Source: Pedosphaera sp. (GTDB lineage: Bacteria > Verrucomicrobiota > Verrucomicrobiia > Limisphaerales > SXTU01). From it: a stretch of 38,216 nucleotides of DNA. Where the stretch lies: positions 1 through 38,216 of the forward strand of contig SIBB01000001.1 in assembly GCA_009695395.1 (NCBI GenBank), given 5' to 3'. Position numbers and translations under genes: made by a program. Under the pieces are notes generated by a model. It saw only the letters and a program-made list of their open reading frames with translations. It did not search any database and had not been told where the DNA came from. Below are positions 16,679 to 25,798 of this stretch, piece by piece. The stretch's first letter is position 1, and each line of letters begins with the position of its first letter.

Positions 16679-18886
16679 ATGGGATCACTGAATTCATTTG
16701 CCCTTTGGGGCGCACTTGGCCTGGCCGGCGTCGCCGTCCCGATCATCATCCACCTGCTTTACCGGAAGCACCGCAAGGAAACCGACTGGGCCGCCATGGA
16801 GCTGCTGCGTCGCGCGCTGGTCATCCGCTCCGGGCAGGTGAAGCTCGAGGATTACCTGATCCTCTTTCTGCGCTGCCTCGCGCTCGCCCTTCTGGCGTTC
16901 GCCCTCCTGCGGCCCATCATGAATGCGGCGGCGGACAGTTTGCTCGGTGAAAAGAAGGCCGGGATGATCATCGGGATTGATGCCTCGTTCAGCATGGGCC
17001 ACGGCGAGCACTCGCGGTTCGAGCGCGCCCTCGAGAAGGCCCGCCTGATCGTCAAAACCGCGCGGGAAGGCAACCCCATCACCATCGTCCTGATGAGTGA
17101 CCGTCCCAAGGTGCTGGTGCGCGGCGCAGGCTACGTCCCCGCGCAGGTCACGGAACTCCTCGGCTCCAAGACCACGGCGACGCCCTACCGCCTCGGCCTC
17201 GAACGCAATCTCGAACTGCTCAACGAACTGGCCGCGGAAATCAAATCGCCCGGCAAGGAAGTCTTCCTCGTGAGCGACTCGCAGGAACTCGACTGGGCGA
17301 ACCTCTCCTCGGCCGCCCGCGCCTCGTTCGAGCGACTCACCAAGAGCGCCAGGGTGTATGTAATTCCGAGCGGCATGGACGGCGAGGAAAACCTCACCTT
17401 GGAACGCCTCTCCTATTCGTCCGGATCACTGCGCCAGGCCGGCGTCGCGCGCTTTACGGCCGAGGTGCGCAATACCGGGCGTCGCACGGCCGATGCCGGT
17501 TCGGTGGAATTCTTCGTCGGCAACGAACTCAGCAAACGCCTCGCGGTCGGCTCGCTCGAACCCGGCCAGGTTCGCGGCCTTTCCTTCTTCGCGACCTTCG
17601 ACAAACCCGGCGACATCCGGCTCAAGGCCCAGCTCACCCCGGACGATCTCGCGGCCGACAACGTCCGCCACGCCGTCGCCCGCATCAGCTCCCGCGTTCG
17701 CGTTCTCTGCGTCGAGGGCGCCTCGAGTGGCTTGAACAAGGCTGACCGCACCGGTGGTTACTACGCCGTCCGCGCTCTGCGCCTCAAAGGCCGTGGGGAC
17801 GACAGCCCGATCAGGGTCCACCAGATCGAAGCCCCCGACCTCGTCATCGAACAACTCGGCGACTACGACGTGATCCTGCTCGCCAACGTCCCGGACCCTT
17901 CCGCGGAAACGGTGGGTCGCCTCAAGAAATTCGTGCAGCGCGGCGGCGGCCTGATTCTCTTTACCGGCGACCGCGTGGATGCCGACCAATACAACGATCG
18001 CTTCGGCAAAGGTGCCGACGGACTGCTGCCGGCCTCCATCGGCAAAGTCGCCAGCTACACCGGCGATGCGACTGGTTGGGCTATCGGGCCGGTAAAATCA
18101 GATCACCTCCTCGGAGGAGTGGTCTCCCGTCTGCCCGAGAAGCTGCTGGACAGCGCGCGCTTCAGCAAGCTGACCGGCGTTGAACCGGTGTCGGGCAGCG
18201 AAACGATCCTCTCGGTCGCGGAGACCGGCGCCCCCCTCCTGCTGGCCCGCGACTTCGGCGCGGGAACTGTGCTCCTTTTCACCACCTCTGCGGACCGGAC
18301 TTGGAGCGAACTCCCTGTCCACCCGCTTTACGCCATGCTCCTGCAGCAGGCCGTCACCCAGTTGACCAGCCGGCCTGACGCCTCGCAGTTCATCGTGGGC
18401 GCAGACGCCCCGCTCCCCGTGACCGGCCGCCAATTGGGCGAAAACGTCGCGCTGACCAAGCCCGGCGGCGAGGCCTCCTCCATCCGCGTCACGCAGAATC
18501 GCGACGAGCCGGTGGCGGCGGTCGAGTTCGATCAACCCGGCATCTACCAGATCGCGGCGGAGGGGCCAAAGCCCGGCGTGGTGGTGGCCGCCAACGTGGA
18601 CGCGCGGGAATCCGACGTGAAGGTGCTCGGCCCCGGCGCGCTCGAGACTCTGCTCGGCCCGATCGGCGTCACCGTGCTCGGCAAAGACGGCGACCTCGCG
18701 GCCGCCATCGAGAAGAACCGGCGCGGCAGCGAAATGACGCAACTCCTGCTCTGGCTCGCCATCGGGGTCTTCCTCCTCCAGAGCATCCTCGCCCGATACT
18801 TCACCAACAAAATCTCGCGCGACGACGTCCCGGACCTCACCGCCGCGCTGCAAAGCAGCAAGGTCGCCGCGGCTCGCCGGTCCTGA
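16679..18886 (+). CDS. BatA-type (aerotolerance-regulator N-terminal) membrane protein with vWA domain and GATase1-like module
   Basis: The N-terminus FALWGALGLAGVAVPIIIHLLYRKHRKETDW is the typical BatA/double-TM anchor. vWA MIDAS motif: IIGIDASFSM (DxSxS). GATase1-like block: RVLCVEG...YDVILLANVP...LKKFVQRGGGLILFTG. C-terminal TM: LLLWLAIGVFLLQSIL. Confidence 0.85.
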   Translation: MGSLNSFALWGALGLAGVAVPIIIHLLYRKHRKETDWAAMELLRRALVIRSGQVKLEDYLILFLRCLALALLAFALLRPIMNAAADSLLGEKKAGMIIGIDASFSMGHGEHSRFERALEKARLIVKTAREGNPITIVLMSDRPKVLVRGAGYVPAQVTELLGSKTTATPYRLGLERNLELLNELAAEIKSPGKEVFLVSDSQELDWANLSSAARASFERLTKSARVYVIPSGMDGEENLTLERLSYSSGSLRQAGVARFTAEVRNTGRRTADAGSVEFFVGNELSKRLAVGSLEPGQVRGLSFFATFDKPGDIRLKAQLTPDDLAADNVRHAVARISSRVRVLCVEGASSGLNKADRTGGYYAVRALRLKGRGDDSPIRVHQIEAPDLVIEQLGDYDVILLANVPDPSAETVGRLKKFVQRGGGLILFTGDRVDADQYNDRFGKGADGLLPASIGKVASYTGDATGWAIGPVKSDHLLGGVVSRLPEKLLDSARFSKLTGVEPVSGSETILSVAETGAPLLLARDFGAGTVLLFTTSADRTWSELPVHPLYAMLLQQAVTQLTSRPDASQFIVGADAPLPVTGRQLGENVALTKPGGEASSIRVTQNRDEPVAAVEFDQPGIYQIAAEGPKPGVVVAANVDARESDVKVLGPGALETLLGPIGVTVLGKDGDLAAAIEKNRRGSEMTQLLLWLAIGVFLLQSILARYFTNKISRDDVPDLTAALQSSKVAAARRS

Positions 18887-18905
18887 GTCCCAACTACCGA
18901 ATTCC

Positions 18906-21278
18906 ATGCTCAAGAAATTACTGGCTCTCGATCCCTCGCAGGAGGTTGACGGAATTGATCTCGCCTTCCGCGGTGGACTCGTCTTCGCCCTGGCGATGAT
19001 CGTGATCGCCACCGCCTTCGCGATTTACCTTTACCGCTCCGAGCGGCACCTGACTAAAGGCCGCCGCACCGTGATGATGGTCTGCCAAGTCGCGGCCCTG
19101 ATCGGGCTCATCATCATCATCCTCCAGCCTTACGCGCGGATCCGCATGACCAAGGAATTTCAGCGGACGCTCGTCGTTCTGCTGGACAGCTCGCGCAGCA
19201 TGGCTTTCAAAGATCCGCGCAGCACCCCGGCGCACGCCGAGGAAGCGGCCAAGGCGCTCAACAAGGTCTCTCTCGACGCCTCCATACCGAAGGAAAACGT
19301 CGACAGCCTTCTGCAAGACCTGGCCGGCGCCACCCGGATGGACTTGGCCCGGGGCGTCCTGAGTCATCCCGAGATGAAGCTCGTCGAGCAGCTTCGCAAG
19401 AATTTCGACGTGCGCTTCTTCAGCTTCGACGGCCAGGTCCGCCCCGAGGAAGGCCCCGACGCCGGGGACAAATCCATCCTCAAGCGCGAGGCCGCCGGCA
19501 ACTCCTCGCAACTCGGCACGGCGATGGACGAAGCGCTGGGCCGTTTCTCCGGCCAGCCCGTGGCCGGTGCGGTGGTGTTCAGCGATTTCGCATGGATGGA
19601 GGGTAAGGATCCCCTCCGCGTGGCTCGCGAGCTCAAAGCGCGCGCCATCCCGGTTTATACCGTGCCCATCGGCCTGCCCGCGCCGCCGGACATCAAACTT
19701 AGCGGAGTCGTGGCTCCCGAAGTGGTCTTCAAGGGCGACCGCGTGCCGCTGCGCGTGAAGGTCGAGTCCCGCGGCTACCAAGGGCGCACCGTGGATTTGC
19801 AAATGACGGTCGATGGCGAGCAGGGCGCCGTGCAGCAGGTCCAGCTCAAGGGCGGCGTGCAGTATGAGGAGATGACCTTCATCCCGCAGCGCGAGTCGGG
19901 CAGCATCGTTCTGAAATTCCAGATCGCCGCCGTGGCTGGTGAAGCCACCGAACTGAACAACAACGCCAGCCACGAAGTGCGCATCCTCAACGAGAAGATC
20001 AAGGTGCTCTATGTCGAGGGCCTGCCGCGCTGGGAATTCCGCTACCTGCGCTGGGTGCTGCTGCGCGACCCGCGGCTGGACGTGAAATTTCTCATGACGC
20101 AGGGCGACCCCGCCCTTGCCGGCTCCTCGCCGCGCCATCTCGCCCGGTTCCCGCTAGATCCGGCGGAAGCCCTCAAGTATGACCTCATCATCCTCGGCGA
20201 CGTGCCCGCCTCCACTTTCAACTCCGCCCAGACCGAGCTCATCCAGAAGCTCGTCAAGGAGCGCGGCGGATCGCTCCTCATGATCGCCGGCCCCATGGCC
20301 GCGCCGGCCACCTATCGCGAAACCCCGATCGGGGAAATTCTGCCGGTCAACATCGGCAGCAGCGGCTTTCACATCGTGGCTCCCACCGACTCGCCGGAAG
20401 TGACGGCCGCCGGACGCGAGAGCCTCGCCACTTCGCTCGCCGTCTCCCCGGAGGTCAGCGCGCGCATTTGGTCCAATATCAAGCCCATGTATACCCTACC
20501 CCAACTCGAAGGAGCGAAGGCCGGTGCCACCGTCCTGCTCCGCCTCCCGAAAGCGAGCGAGGCAATGCAGGACTATCCGCTTGTGGCCTGGCACCGCTAC
20601 GGCACTGGCAAGGCGATGTTTGTCGGCACCGAAGATCTCTGGCGCATGAGGCTGGAGGTGGGCGACCGCTACCACGCCCGATTCTGGGGCCAGACCATCC
20701 AGTTCCTCACCCTCTCGAGGCTGCTCGGGCTGAACAAACAGATCACCCTCGAAACCGACAAAGGTTCCTACAGCTCCGGCGAGCAGGTCCGCATCTTTGC
20801 GAATGTCCTGACTCAATCCTTCGAGCCCGTGACGCAACCGTCCTACGAAGTGATTCTGGAGACCAAGGGTGAGACCGACAGCGCCACCACCATGGAGCTG
20901 AGTCCCGTTCCTGGAACGCCCGGCCTCTTTTCCGGCACCCACCTCGCGGGCAAGGATGGCAACTACATGATCCGCACCCGCCCGGGCGACGCTGAAATCT
21001 CGAACGAGACCGGCTTCAAAATCGCCACCCAAGCCATCGAGGATCGCGAAACCGCCATGCAACCGGAAGTGGCGCGGCAGATCGCGGAGCTTTCCGGCGG
21101 CCGCCAGTTGTCCCTTGCCAGCCTCGGCAAATTCCCGGCCAGCCTAGGCGAAGAAAAGAAACTCACGAGTGTGGTTCGTCTCGAGAAAGATCTCTGGGAC
21201 GTTCCAATTTGGTTCCTCATCGTCGTTGCGTTCGCCGGTGTGGAATGGTATCTCAGACGCAAGGAAAACCTCGTATAA
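18906..21278 (+). CDS. Membrane-anchored vWA domain protein with GATase1-like module (distant paralog of the preceding gene)
   Basis: Two N-terminal TMs (LVFALAMIVIATAFAIYLY and VCQVAALIGLIIIILQP). MIDAS motif: LVVLLDSSRSM. GATase1-like block: KVLYVEGLPRWEFRYLR...YDLIILGDVPASTF...LVKERGGSLLMIAG. C-terminal TM: IWFLIVVAFAGVEWYL. Confidence 0.8.
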   Translation: MLKKLLALDPSQEVDGIDLAFRGGLVFALAMIVIATAFAIYLYRSERHLTKGRRTVMMVCQVAALIGLIIIILQPYARIRMTKEFQRTLVVLLDSSRSMAFKDPRSTPAHAEEAAKALNKVSLDASIPKENVDSLLQDLAGATRMDLARGVLSHPEMKLVEQLRKNFDVRFFSFDGQVRPEEGPDAGDKSILKREAAGNSSQLGTAMDEALGRFSGQPVAGAVVFSDFAWMEGKDPLRVARELKARAIPVYTVPIGLPAPPDIKLSGVVAPEVVFKGDRVPLRVKVESRGYQGRTVDLQMTVDGEQGAVQQVQLKGGVQYEEMTFIPQRESGSIVLKFQIAAVAGEATELNNNASHEVRILNEKIKVLYVEGLPRWEFRYLRWVLLRDPRLDVKFLMTQGDPALAGSSPRHLARFPLDPAEALKYDLIILGDVPASTFNSAQTELIQKLVKERGGSLLMIAGPMAAPATYRETPIGEILPVNIGSSGFHIVAPTDSPEVTAAGRESLATSLAVSPEVSARIWSNIKPMYTLPQLEGAKAGATVLLRLPKASEAMQDYPLVAWHRYGTGKAMFVGTEDLWRMRLEVGDRYHARFWGQTIQFLTLSRLLGLNKQITLETDKGSYSSGEQVRIFANVLTQSFEPVTQPSYEVILETKGETDSATTMELSPVPGTPGLFSGTHLAGKDGNYMIRTRPGDAEISNETGFKIATQAIEDRETAMQPEVARQIAELSGGRQLSLASLGKFPASLGEEKKLTSVVRLEKDLWDVPIWFLIVVAFAGVEWYLRRKENLV

Positions 21279-21284
21279 CACTGA

Positions 21285-22940
21285 ATGATGGACGCAAACC
21301 AACAAACTTCCATCGAGAGCAAGCTCCAATGGGCCTGGCGCCAGGAGCGACGCTTCATCAACATCCGCGGCGCGTTCCGCGTTTTGATCTGGTTCATCGG
21401 CCTGCTCGCGATCGGCTTCATCATTGATTGGGGTCTCTTCGCCAAAGCCGGCCTGCGCGCCAATTTGGGCATCGTGCTGCTCGTCATCAACGTCGCCATC
21501 TTGGCCTGGGCCGTTTGGCACGAGTGGGTGCGCCACCTCAAGCCTTTTGACGCCGTCCACGTTTCGCTGGCGGTCGAGAGACGCCACAGTGGTCTTAACT
21601 CCCTGCTCGTCTCCTATGCGCAGTTGGATCCGTCCAACACGGACAAGACCACCGTCTCCACGGAATTGATCGGGGCCATGCGCGATGAGGCCGTCATGCA
21701 GGCACGCCCACTCGACTTCCGGGAAATCGTGGATTTCGGTCAGATCAAGAAGCTCATCCTCGTCGGGGTGGGCGTGTTTCTCCTGTTCTCCGTCCTCTCC
21801 TTTATCTGGAGTGATCACGTCGGCGTCTTTTTCAAGCGACTGGCCGGCTCCGATGTCCGCTACCCCACGCAGACGCAGCTCAAGAGCGTTTCAGGCGACC
21901 TGACCGTGCGCGTCGGCGACATCGCCATCATTAACGCCAAGGCCGGCGGTGCTCTGCCACCGGAAGGGCGCCTTTTCACCCGCGCAGCCGGCGGCAAAGT
22001 CTCCTGGAAAGAACTGCCGATGAAATCGGACGAAGACCCGGCGAGCTTCTCGCGCGAGGTGAAAGGCCTGGTCAGCGATCTTCGCTATTACGTGCGCGTC
22101 GGGGACGACCGCAGCGAGGAGTACTTCATTCGTGTCATCACCGCCCCGCAGGTCGTGGCCACCAAGGTCACCATCGAATACCCCGGCTACATGAACAAGG
22201 CCGCCACCGTCAGCGACCAACTCAACCTCGAAGTCCCCGAGGGGACCAAAGTGCGCTGGAACCTGACTTGCGAGCCGCCGGTGAAACGCTGCGAGGTCAG
22301 CATCGGCGAGCGTGCTTTCGACGCCAAACTCGACGCGAGCGGAACCAAGCTCGAATTCGAACACACCGCCAAGGAAGCCTTCAAATACACCTTCCGCTGG
22401 ACCGAGCGGGAAAAGGAATTCAAGTATGACGATGTGCAATATGGAGTCCGGGTCGTTCCGGACGGAATTCCGGAAGTGGAACTCCTGCGCCCCACCGCCA
22501 ACGGGCTCGCCACCGTGGACAAGACCCTCAAGATCACCGCCCGCGCCAGCGACGACCACGGCCTCGCCAAGGCTTGGCTGCTCTATTCCATCAATGCGGG
22601 CAAGGAAGAGCGCATCGAGATCAAGGACTTCCAGGGCGCGCCCGGCCAGGAGTTCACCCACGAGTGGAAACTGAAAAAAACCATTCCCGATCTGAAACCC
22701 CCGGCACAGATTGCCATCGCGATCGAAGTTGACGACCTTCATCCGGACAAGGCCAACCGCAAGCGTCGCTCCTCGACGCGAGTCCTGACCATTGTCGAGC
22801 TCGAGGCCTATAAGGAGTGGTTCCGGGCGGAACTGGCGGCCCAGGCCGAGGAGTTGAAACGCTCGCGCGACTCTGAAATGGCTTCTTCCACGCAGGTCAA
22901 AGCAATCAAAAACCAGGAAAGCGACCCCAAACAAAAGTGA
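21285..22940 (+). CDS. Multi-TM hypothetical protein with Ig-like extracytoplasmic region (resembles the N-terminal half of DUF4175-type proteins)
   Basis: TM segments: VLIWFIGLLAIGFIIDWGLF, LGIVLLVINVAILAWAVW, LILVGVGVFLLFSVLSFIW. These are followed by beta-rich repeats and a charged tail. It is positionally conserved after the BatA/vWA genes in PVC Bat-like clusters as I remember them. The family call is tentative. Confidence 0.65.
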   Translation: MMDANQQTSIESKLQWAWRQERRFINIRGAFRVLIWFIGLLAIGFIIDWGLFAKAGLRANLGIVLLVINVAILAWAVWHEWVRHLKPFDAVHVSLAVERRHSGLNSLLVSYAQLDPSNTDKTTVSTELIGAMRDEAVMQARPLDFREIVDFGQIKKLILVGVGVFLLFSVLSFIWSDHVGVFFKRLAGSDVRYPTQTQLKSVSGDLTVRVGDIAIINAKAGGALPPEGRLFTRAAGGKVSWKELPMKSDEDPASFSREVKGLVSDLRYYVRVGDDRSEEYFIRVITAPQVVATKVTIEYPGYMNKAATVSDQLNLEVPEGTKVRWNLTCEPPVKRCEVSIGERAFDAKLDASGTKLEFEHTAKEAFKYTFRWTEREKEFKYDDVQYGVRVVPDGIPEVELLRPTANGLATVDKTLKITARASDDHGLAKAWLLYSINAGKEERIEIKDFQGAPGQEFTHEWKLKKTIPDLKPPAQIAIAIEVDDLHPDKANRKRRSSTRVLTIVELEAYKEWFRAELAAQAEELKRSRDSEMASSTQVKAIKNQESDPKQK

Positions 22941-24676
22941 GAACCTCTATGAGACATTTCAATAGCCATGTCCGGTTCCTGATTATCGCGCTGGCCATGC
23001 CAGTCCTGCTGGCCGGGGAGGTCCGTGCTCAAAAGGAAGCCGCGCCCGCACCTGCTGCCGCAAAACCCGCTGAGGTCAAAGGCGCGGACGATATCCTGCT
23101 CACCGGCGAACGCCTGTTCAATGAAGAGCGGCGCCAAATGGATGTCTCGCGCCGACTGACGGTCGTCTATCGCCGTTTTGCCTCGCTGCTGGACGACCTG
23201 CAATCCAACGAACTCAGCGAAGAAGGCGGAGCCGCGGCGCTCGTCAAGACCGCGAAAGGCGTCGAAACCCTGCGCACCGGCCGGTTGCCCGTGGCCACCG
23301 ACCATCTGCGCAAGGCGCGCGGCGACCTCGGAAAAGCCCTGCCGCACATTGATGGCGCCGACAAAGAGATCGTGGCCATCGTCGCGGACCTCAACAAGAT
23401 TATCGAGGGAGCCAGTTCCATTCTGGCCGACGACCGCCTGCTCAAGGAAATCCGCGAGATCATCAAGACCGAGGAATTCCTGCGCAAGCAGACGGCCGAG
23501 TGGGGCAAAAAACTCATCCTGAAACCCGAAGCCGGCGCCCTCGACCAGGGCCGGGTTTCGCGCGCCCAGCAAGGCGTCATTGAACGTTACGTCCAGTTTT
23601 TCGAGATGCTGACCACGGCGCGCAAGCAGGCGGTTGATCAGGAACTGGGCGCCCGTTTGGGCAAGACCGAGCAGGTTCTCGTCGAAGGGAAGCCGGACGC
23701 CAGACTGGCCGCGGCCATTGACCAGGTCACCCAGAGTAAGGCGATCGGTGCGGTGGGTGCGCAGGATCAGGCCCTCGTCATTCTGCGGAAAGCGGAGAAA
23801 ATTCTCTCGGAAGAAACCATGTCCGACCTGGTGACCGAACTGGCCCGCATCCTGGCCGCCGAAAAGGATCTCTATCAGGACACCAAACAGGCGGTGGCTC
23901 CGGCGTTTCAGGCCGAGAAGTCGCAATACGAGGCCCGCCAGATCGGGATCGGCAATTTGCTCGACAACGCCATCAAGAATTTCGCCCCCAGCGTGGCCGA
24001 AAAGCTGTTCCCGGCCGCCACGCCGCCGGCGACTCCCGCAGTGCCGACCTTCCCGACATCACCCACCTCCGCCGAAGTCAGCGCATCGCTGACCGAAGCG
24101 CACAAAGCCGTGGGTGTCGCTGTCACCGAATTGAATGCCGGTAAACAGGAGCCGGCACTTGCCGCCGAACTCGCCGTCATCGCGGCGCTCGAAAAAGCCA
24201 TCGCCCAAGTGAAAGCGGAACTCGGAGCCGAAGCGCCGCCCGTCGAGATCGGTGAACTCACCCTGGCGGATCCCGGCGATGCCAGCGAAGGAGCTGATGC
24301 AGCCGGTGAAGGCGCAGGCGCAAGTGATAGTCAAGCGGAGGGTTCCGCCGAAGGCCAGGGAAAGGGCGAGGGCAAGGGCGAGGGCAAGGGCGAGGGCGAG
24401 GGCAAGGGCGAAGGTTCAGGAAAAGGGAAAGGGAAAAAACCAGGCAGGGGGACCCCGCCCAAGTTCGCGGGCGACCCGCCGGATCTCGCGGAAAGTTACG
24501 CCAAAGGGGGGAAAACGGAAATTGACGGGCGAGGTGCGGATGTGAATCGCAAAGGTCACATGCTCGACTCGCTCTCGCGCCGCAATCGCTCGGCGGCCAT
24601 CCAAAACTACGTCCAGCAACTGCCGCCCGAATTCCGGCAACAAGTCGCCGATTACTACGAAACACTCGCCGAATGA
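22937..24676 (+). CDS. Secreted coiled-coil/low-complexity protein with a (GEGK)n tract and conserved C-terminal YYxxLA motif
   Basis: The track start at 22937 is GTG and overlaps the previous stop (GTGA). The first ATG is at 22949 and gives MRHFNSHVRFLIIALAMPVLLAGEVRAQ, a signal peptide. The body is long, helical and Ala/Glu/Lys-rich. The C-terminus is IQNYVQQLPPEFRQQVADYYETLAE. The stop overlaps the next ATG (ATGA). Confidence 0.7.
   Translation: MRTSMRHFNSHVRFLIIALAMPVLLAGEVRAQKEAAPAPAAAKPAEVKGADDILLTGERLFNEERRQMDVSRRLTVVYRRFASLLDDLQSNELSEEGGAAALVKTAKGVETLRTGRLPVATDHLRKARGDLGKALPHIDGADKEIVAIVADLNKIIEGASSILADDRLLKEIREIIKTEEFLRKQTAEWGKKLILKPEAGALDQGRVSRAQQGVIERYVQFFEMLTTARKQAVDQELGARLGKTEQVLVEGKPDARLAAAIDQVTQSKAIGAVGAQDQALVILRKAEKILSEETMSDLVTELARILAAEKDLYQDTKQAVAPAFQAEKSQYEARQIGIGNLLDNAIKNFAPSVAEKLFPAATPPATPAVPTFPTSPTSAEVSASLTEAHKAVGVAVTELNAGKQEPALAAELAVIAALEKAIAQVKAELGAEAPPVEIGELTLADPGDASEGADAAGEGAGASDSQAEGSAEGQGKGEGKGEGKGEGEGKGEGSGKGKGKKPGRGTPPKFAGDPPDLAESYAKGGKTEIDGRGADVNRKGHMLDSLSRRNRSAAIQNYVQQLPPEFRQQVADYYETLAE
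24353..24440 (+). repeat. In-frame GGC-GAG-GGC-AAG microsatellite-like tract encoding GQGKGEGKGEGKGEGEGKGEGSGKGKGKK
   Basis: I read it directly: ggccagggaaag then (ggcgagggcaag)x2, ggcgagggcgagggcaag, ggcgaaggttcaggaaaagggaaagggaaaaaa. Codon phase was checked against the gene frame. Confidence 0.85.
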
Positions 24677-25731
24677 AACATTGCCCCATCACCAAAACCC
24701 TCGTCGCAACCTTGACGGCCGCGGCTTTCGTCGCCGCCTCGGTCCAGTCGGTCCGGGCGCAGGACGAGGGCGCTGGCGAGCAAGTCGTGGGCGTGGTGCG
24801 CCTGACCCCGGAAGTCCGCACCGCCATCACCAAGGGTTTGGATTATCTCGCCAAGGAGGGCGTGCAGAAAGCCGACGGAAGCTGGGGCACCGGGAATAAT
24901 GACGTGGCGGAAACGTCCGCGGCTCTCATGGCTTTCATGCTGAAAGGCTACATCCCGGGCCGCGGTGGCCGCTACGGCGTGGTCATGGAGAACGGGATCA
25001 CCTATCTCATCAACAAAGGCAAAGCCCAACGCGGGTTTCTGGGGACTCCCAACAACCACGCCGGCATGTATGAGCACGGCCTGGCCGTCCTCGCGCTGTC
25101 TGAAGCGTGGGGCCAAAGTAAGAACCCCGCCGTGGGGACCGCCCTGCGGGCCGGCGTGGACATCATCCTCCGCGCCCAAAGCACCCTCGGTGGCTGGCGC
25201 TACTCACCCACGCCCGCCGACGCCGATCTTTCCATGACCGTCATGCAGCTTGTGGCGCTCAACTCCGCCCACGAATCCGGCATCCAGATCCCCATTGCCA
25301 CCATTGAAAAGGCCGTCAAATACGTGAAGTCCTGCCAGGAAGAAGGCAGCGGAGGGTTCAAATATATGCCGACGAGCGGCGACGTCGGCTTTGCGCGCAC
25401 CGCCGCCGGGGTGATGTCCCTCATCATGACCGGCCAGCGCAACAGCAAGGAAGCGCAGCGCGGGCTGGCTTTCCTGAAGGCTTATCCCGACAAGAAGTTC
25501 GAGAAAGGCTACCCGCGCTTCCACTACGCGCACTACTACGCCATCCAGGCCATCTATCAGTCGGGCGAAATGGACTTCCAAAAGTGGTATCCCAAGATCG
25601 CCGCCACCGTCGTCTCCATGCAGGCTGCGGATGGAAGCTGGAATGGCGAAGGCGGCCCAGCCTTTGCCACCGGCATGTCGATCCTCATCATCGGCGTGCC
25701 TTACCGCTTCCTGCCGATCTACCAGCGCTAG
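24673..25731 (+). CDS. Exported prenyltransferase/squalene-oxidase-repeat (alpha/alpha-toroid) protein
   Basis: Signal peptide MKHCPITKTLVATLTAAAFVAASVQSVRAQ. Recurrent toroid-repeat motifs: DGSWG, GGWRYSP, GGFKYMP, DGSWNGEGG. Interleaved helices include DVAETSAALMAF, SMTVMQLVAL and ARTAAGVMSL. Confidence 0.75.
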   Translation: MKHCPITKTLVATLTAAAFVAASVQSVRAQDEGAGEQVVGVVRLTPEVRTAITKGLDYLAKEGVQKADGSWGTGNNDVAETSAALMAFMLKGYIPGRGGRYGVVMENGITYLINKGKAQRGFLGTPNNHAGMYEHGLAVLALSEAWGQSKNPAVGTALRAGVDIILRAQSTLGGWRYSPTPADADLSMTVMQLVALNSAHESGIQIPIATIEKAVKYVKSCQEEGSGGFKYMPTSGDVGFARTAAGVMSLIMTGQRNSKEAQRGLAFLKAYPDKKFEKGYPRFHYAHYYAIQAIYQSGEMDFQKWYPKIAATVVSMQAADGSWNGEGGPAFATGMSILIIGVPYRFLPIYQR

Positions 25732-25798
25732 CGTTGTCTGCCAGGCAGATTGTCTGTAGCACCGAATACGGACCACCGACCAGCCCACCAACCATTCG

